Positions 60,942 through 64,000 of a stretch of 64,000 nucleotides of DNA are shown piece after piece. Positions within the stretch are counted from its first letter, which is position 1. The number at the start of each line of letters is the position of its first letter. Under the pieces are notes generated by a model. The model made no database searches. It saw only the letters and a program-made list of their open reading frames with translations, and had not been told where the DNA came from. Source of the DNA: Oopsacas minuta (Eukaryota > Animalia > Porifera); the NCBI GenBank assembly GCA_024704765.1, contig JAKMXF010000297.1:473285-537284 (forward strand), written 5' to 3'. Made by a program: the position numbers and the translations under genes.

Positions 60942-63656
60942 TTACGCAGGATTCCAAATTGTAATTTGGAAAACGGTGGGATCAAACTCATCAAGGTACT
61001 TTAAAAACTGAGTAGAGAAGAGAAACTTTACAGAAGAACTGACCTCATAATTGGAGCTATCTGAGTGGGGCATGGTTAACTTGTTGAATGGCTCCAGACT
61101 CCCAGATTCTGAATCAGCACCATCTGGCTGCCCACGCCTCTCATAAGGAGAACTACTACTCTTCTTCAACAACCCACTGAGACGTCGAATTATTCCAGGT
61201 TTCTTCTTCCCTGATGAAGTGTGTGTACCGAAGTGACTGGGTTCCTCAATTATATATTTATACTTTTGTTGTTCAAAGAATTTTCTTTCTTCCTCCTTTT
61301 TCTGTGCCACAAGCCTCTCTTGATTCTTTGTTCTATCATGCTCCTCCTTTATTCTCATTTCTCTGTACTTCTGTCTTTTCTCTTCCTCCTTCTCTCTCAG
61401 CTGATTTCCAGATTCGTTTTCCTATAAATTAATGGAAAAATGTGAAGATATTGGGAAACTTACGTGTAATATCTTTATACCCACAAGTAATATATTAATG
61501 ACAGGATATCTCTTGCATTCAGATGTAAACCTCCAAGATTTGAACAAGTTTGTCCATTGCTAAACTAGTCAATAAAATATAATAAACTAACCTTCTCTCC
61601 TATACCAGCAGATTCCAGTTGTTTCTGTCTTTCCTCTGATCTCAAAACCTCATCAAATATTCGTTCCTTCTCTTTCTCTGCAATGTTAGATTCTCCAGGT
61701 TTGCTTGTTACTGAAGATTGAGACACCCACTGGAGGTGTGCTTGAAGATCTGATAATTTGGTTTTCTCACTTTTTGAGAGAACTTCACTCTAAGAATTGT
61801 AACCATAATAAGTTAACAAATTCAGTGGAACTTCGTTAATACAAACATCAATGGACTGATTATCTTACAGCAAATTTCTTCTGTGTTTCGCTGTCAACTG
61901 GAACCAAGATATCTGCTTCTGAGTCATCGTCTAATGATGGTGCCTTCTTCTAAAACACACATCATTATATGTTTGGTATTATCTTACCTCAGTTACAAGA
62001 AAATTTTTCTAGTTCAATAAACTAATTAGGAATGACATACAGTAGAATGAGAGATAATGGATATAGTGAGAATGCTGGGGCAACATAATTTTCGGCTAAA
62101 TTATCATAATAAACGATACATACAATCAGAGCATTAAAAGAGCGCGCTCTTAATAATTGCAAACAATTGGCAAATTTCATTATTATTCTGCATAAAATTC
62201 AGTATTCTTGCTATAAAAGTGGATGCTGGGACACTTGTTTAATTCACAATTTATTGAAATAGTTTGATGTTGCATATTTAGCAATTTCAAGAATGTACAA
62301 TGCCTAAATTCAATCCTGATTACTTAAAATACAAATCTAATGTAAATCTGAAAGAATGAAAAGGAACGCGTTTGGAGCGCGCTCCATTTTTCCTGGAGCG
62401 GGAGCCGGAGTGCATTCCATTTTGTGAGTTAAGGAGCAGAAGTAGGAGCGCCGCTCCTTTTTCAGGCCTGAAGCCAGAGCAAGAGCGCACGCTCCAAAAA
62501 ATGAGGAGCGCTTAATGCTCTGCATACAATAATGTAATATATAAAATTTGGATCTATTACATTCGTCGTTACTCAACAATATATAATGATCATGTGTAGT
62601 GTTATAAACATTAATTTTCACAATAACTTAGTTTCGACATTATTTACATTAATTTATATCTATAGTGGAAACCGCCCATTAGCAAAATCTGCCTGTTTTC
62701 ATGGACATAAAGTGCAGTTTTGCATGGTAATTAGTGTACATTATTGCCAAATTCGCGAAATAGCAAGGAAAGTTCTTGAAAAATTCGAGTTGGATACGTA
62801 GTTATTACATAGAAGTATCTCGCGATGAGTTACTTCAGTTCAATTGAGCAACTGCTAGAAGTAGAGTAGAACCTGTTTATAACGGACACGCTCTAAACGT
62901 CACTTGTGTGTAGCGGACACCTCAGTCTAATTCTGTAGGTCGCAGTACGAATTCCATTAATACAGTCAACATCGGGTACTCGAACGAATATTAACTGACC
63001 TACGTTGTATTTTTAGGACTTATTGCATCCGTTAACTCGAACAGATTTTTATTTCCCCTGAGTGCTCGAGTTGCTGGCAGTTAACCGTATTATCAAACTG
63101 TCCAGCGGCTATCTGTACATAACGGCTAAGTTTGGCAAGTTCCTTGAGTGGGCTTTATTAACAGGCACTGCTACATTGTATTAAGTACATTTCTACATCT
63201 CCTTTGATATCAAATTGTTTGACAAGCTCATGAGATACTATTCTTGTTAATCAGAATCGGAAAAAACTTAACATTAATCACTATACACCAATGTCATTAA
63301 CTCAGCATGCAGCTCTTTATATAAATGGTTTATATTCCCTGAAATATATTAATTATCATAATTACCAGGTTTTTCTGATCAACAGTAGAGCTAACCCACT
63401 CCTCAATTCTAGGCTGTTTCGTGTTAGAAGTTTGACTACGGAACTTTTCTGCCCATTTCTGCTCTATTCCCCCTGTTCCAACTGCAGGAGGCATGGGAGT
63501 GAGTTTTCTTTGTTTTAGTTTACGATTAGGTTCCTGCATTTTATCTGATGTTGGAGGTTTTGAAGGAAAGCCCTCTACCTCTGAGGCAGAAGGAGGGAGG
63601 GAGGAGACAGCAGAGCTCATAGACTGAGCTGATTCATGAGCACTACTGCGTCTTGT
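60942..63656 (-). CDS. 3' part of a low-complexity/coiled-coil protein; 5' end upstream or outside the window
   Basis: Phase-0 exons 63656-63366, 61949-61869, 61789-61592, 61421-60942 join without stops; Ser/Pro-rich then E/K/R-rich. The last exon might splice earlier (GAG|gtcagt near 61040). Confidence 0.7.
62127..62522. mobile_element. 396-bp hAT-like MITE
   Basis: Perfect 11-bp TIR cagagcattaa; perfect 8-bp TSD catacaat (62119-62126, 62523-62530); many GAGCG/CGCTC subterminal motifs. Confidence 0.9.
62963..63087. mobile_element. pogo/Tc1-like MITE
   Basis: TA-flanked; same family as 26046-26221. Confidence 0.6.
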
Positions 63657-64000
63657 CTGAACAAAGTATATGTAAAAGTAAATATAACATATTAAGAATT
63701 CTCAAACTTCAGGCATTGCATTATAAGATGTAATATAAGTAATACAGGATTCATATGAAAGTATTATACGTCTAGGCCATTCTCGAAATAGGACAATTTG
63801 GCACCGTTTGAGTTGTATAAATTCATTATGCTAAAGTATTAAATCAATTGCTCAATTATGGTGTTAGTACTTCGAGAAATACTACGCTGTTTTGATGCGA
63901 GATAATACAGTGCCGGTCAAAAAGAATTGCTCAAAATGAATGTATACAGTATAGTAAATGTCAAATTGTATACACTGACCAGATAGTTGAATTCTTGCGA

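Noticed and set aside
2711-63518. Antisense and short ORFs in the track (e.g. 2711, 9939, 17121, 17615, 22013, 35291, 35579, 57667, 61214, 63291) and ORFs within repeats (18180, 18482, 27259, 27380, 44064, 47125, 50602, 62337)
   Set aside because: They are shadows of real genes on the opposite strand or chance frames in repeat DNA, with no independent coding evidence.

Overview
AT-rich (about one third GC, judged by eye) eukaryotic nuclear DNA with GT-AG introns. The compact gene layout, single-exon housekeeping genes and NHL-repeat family resemble a sponge, possibly a hexactinellid such as Oopsacas; this is an inference. Genes supported from sequence: an 8-exon PDZ-PH-PH adaptor; a myristoylated EF-hand module that splices in frame into TRAPPC12 (possible fusion); single-exon ABCE1, WDR12 and RTCA; a frameshifted coiled-coil/NHL gene; a 10-exon white-type ABCG; an MGC-starting orphan; a Tyr-motif PH adaptor; a PTB-only protein; an orphan 2-exon gene; two tandem transgelin/calponin paralogues; and the 3' part of a coiled-coil gene. 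Introns and intergenic DNA are packed with non-autonomous DNA elements: a Helitron-like family, pogo/Tc1-like TA-flanked MITEs, hAT-like MITEs with 8-bp TSDs, long-TIR (MULE/foldback-like) elements and one decayed DD37D (maT) transposon. No rRNA, tRNA or CRISPR array could be supported. The best leads are the EF-hand-TRAPPC12 fusion, the NHL gene whose frameshifts can also be read as short introns, a nested long-TIR element abutting a splice acceptor, and Helitron-like copies with non-canonical 3' ends. Exon phases were checked by hand; homology calls come from motif recognition, not database searches.
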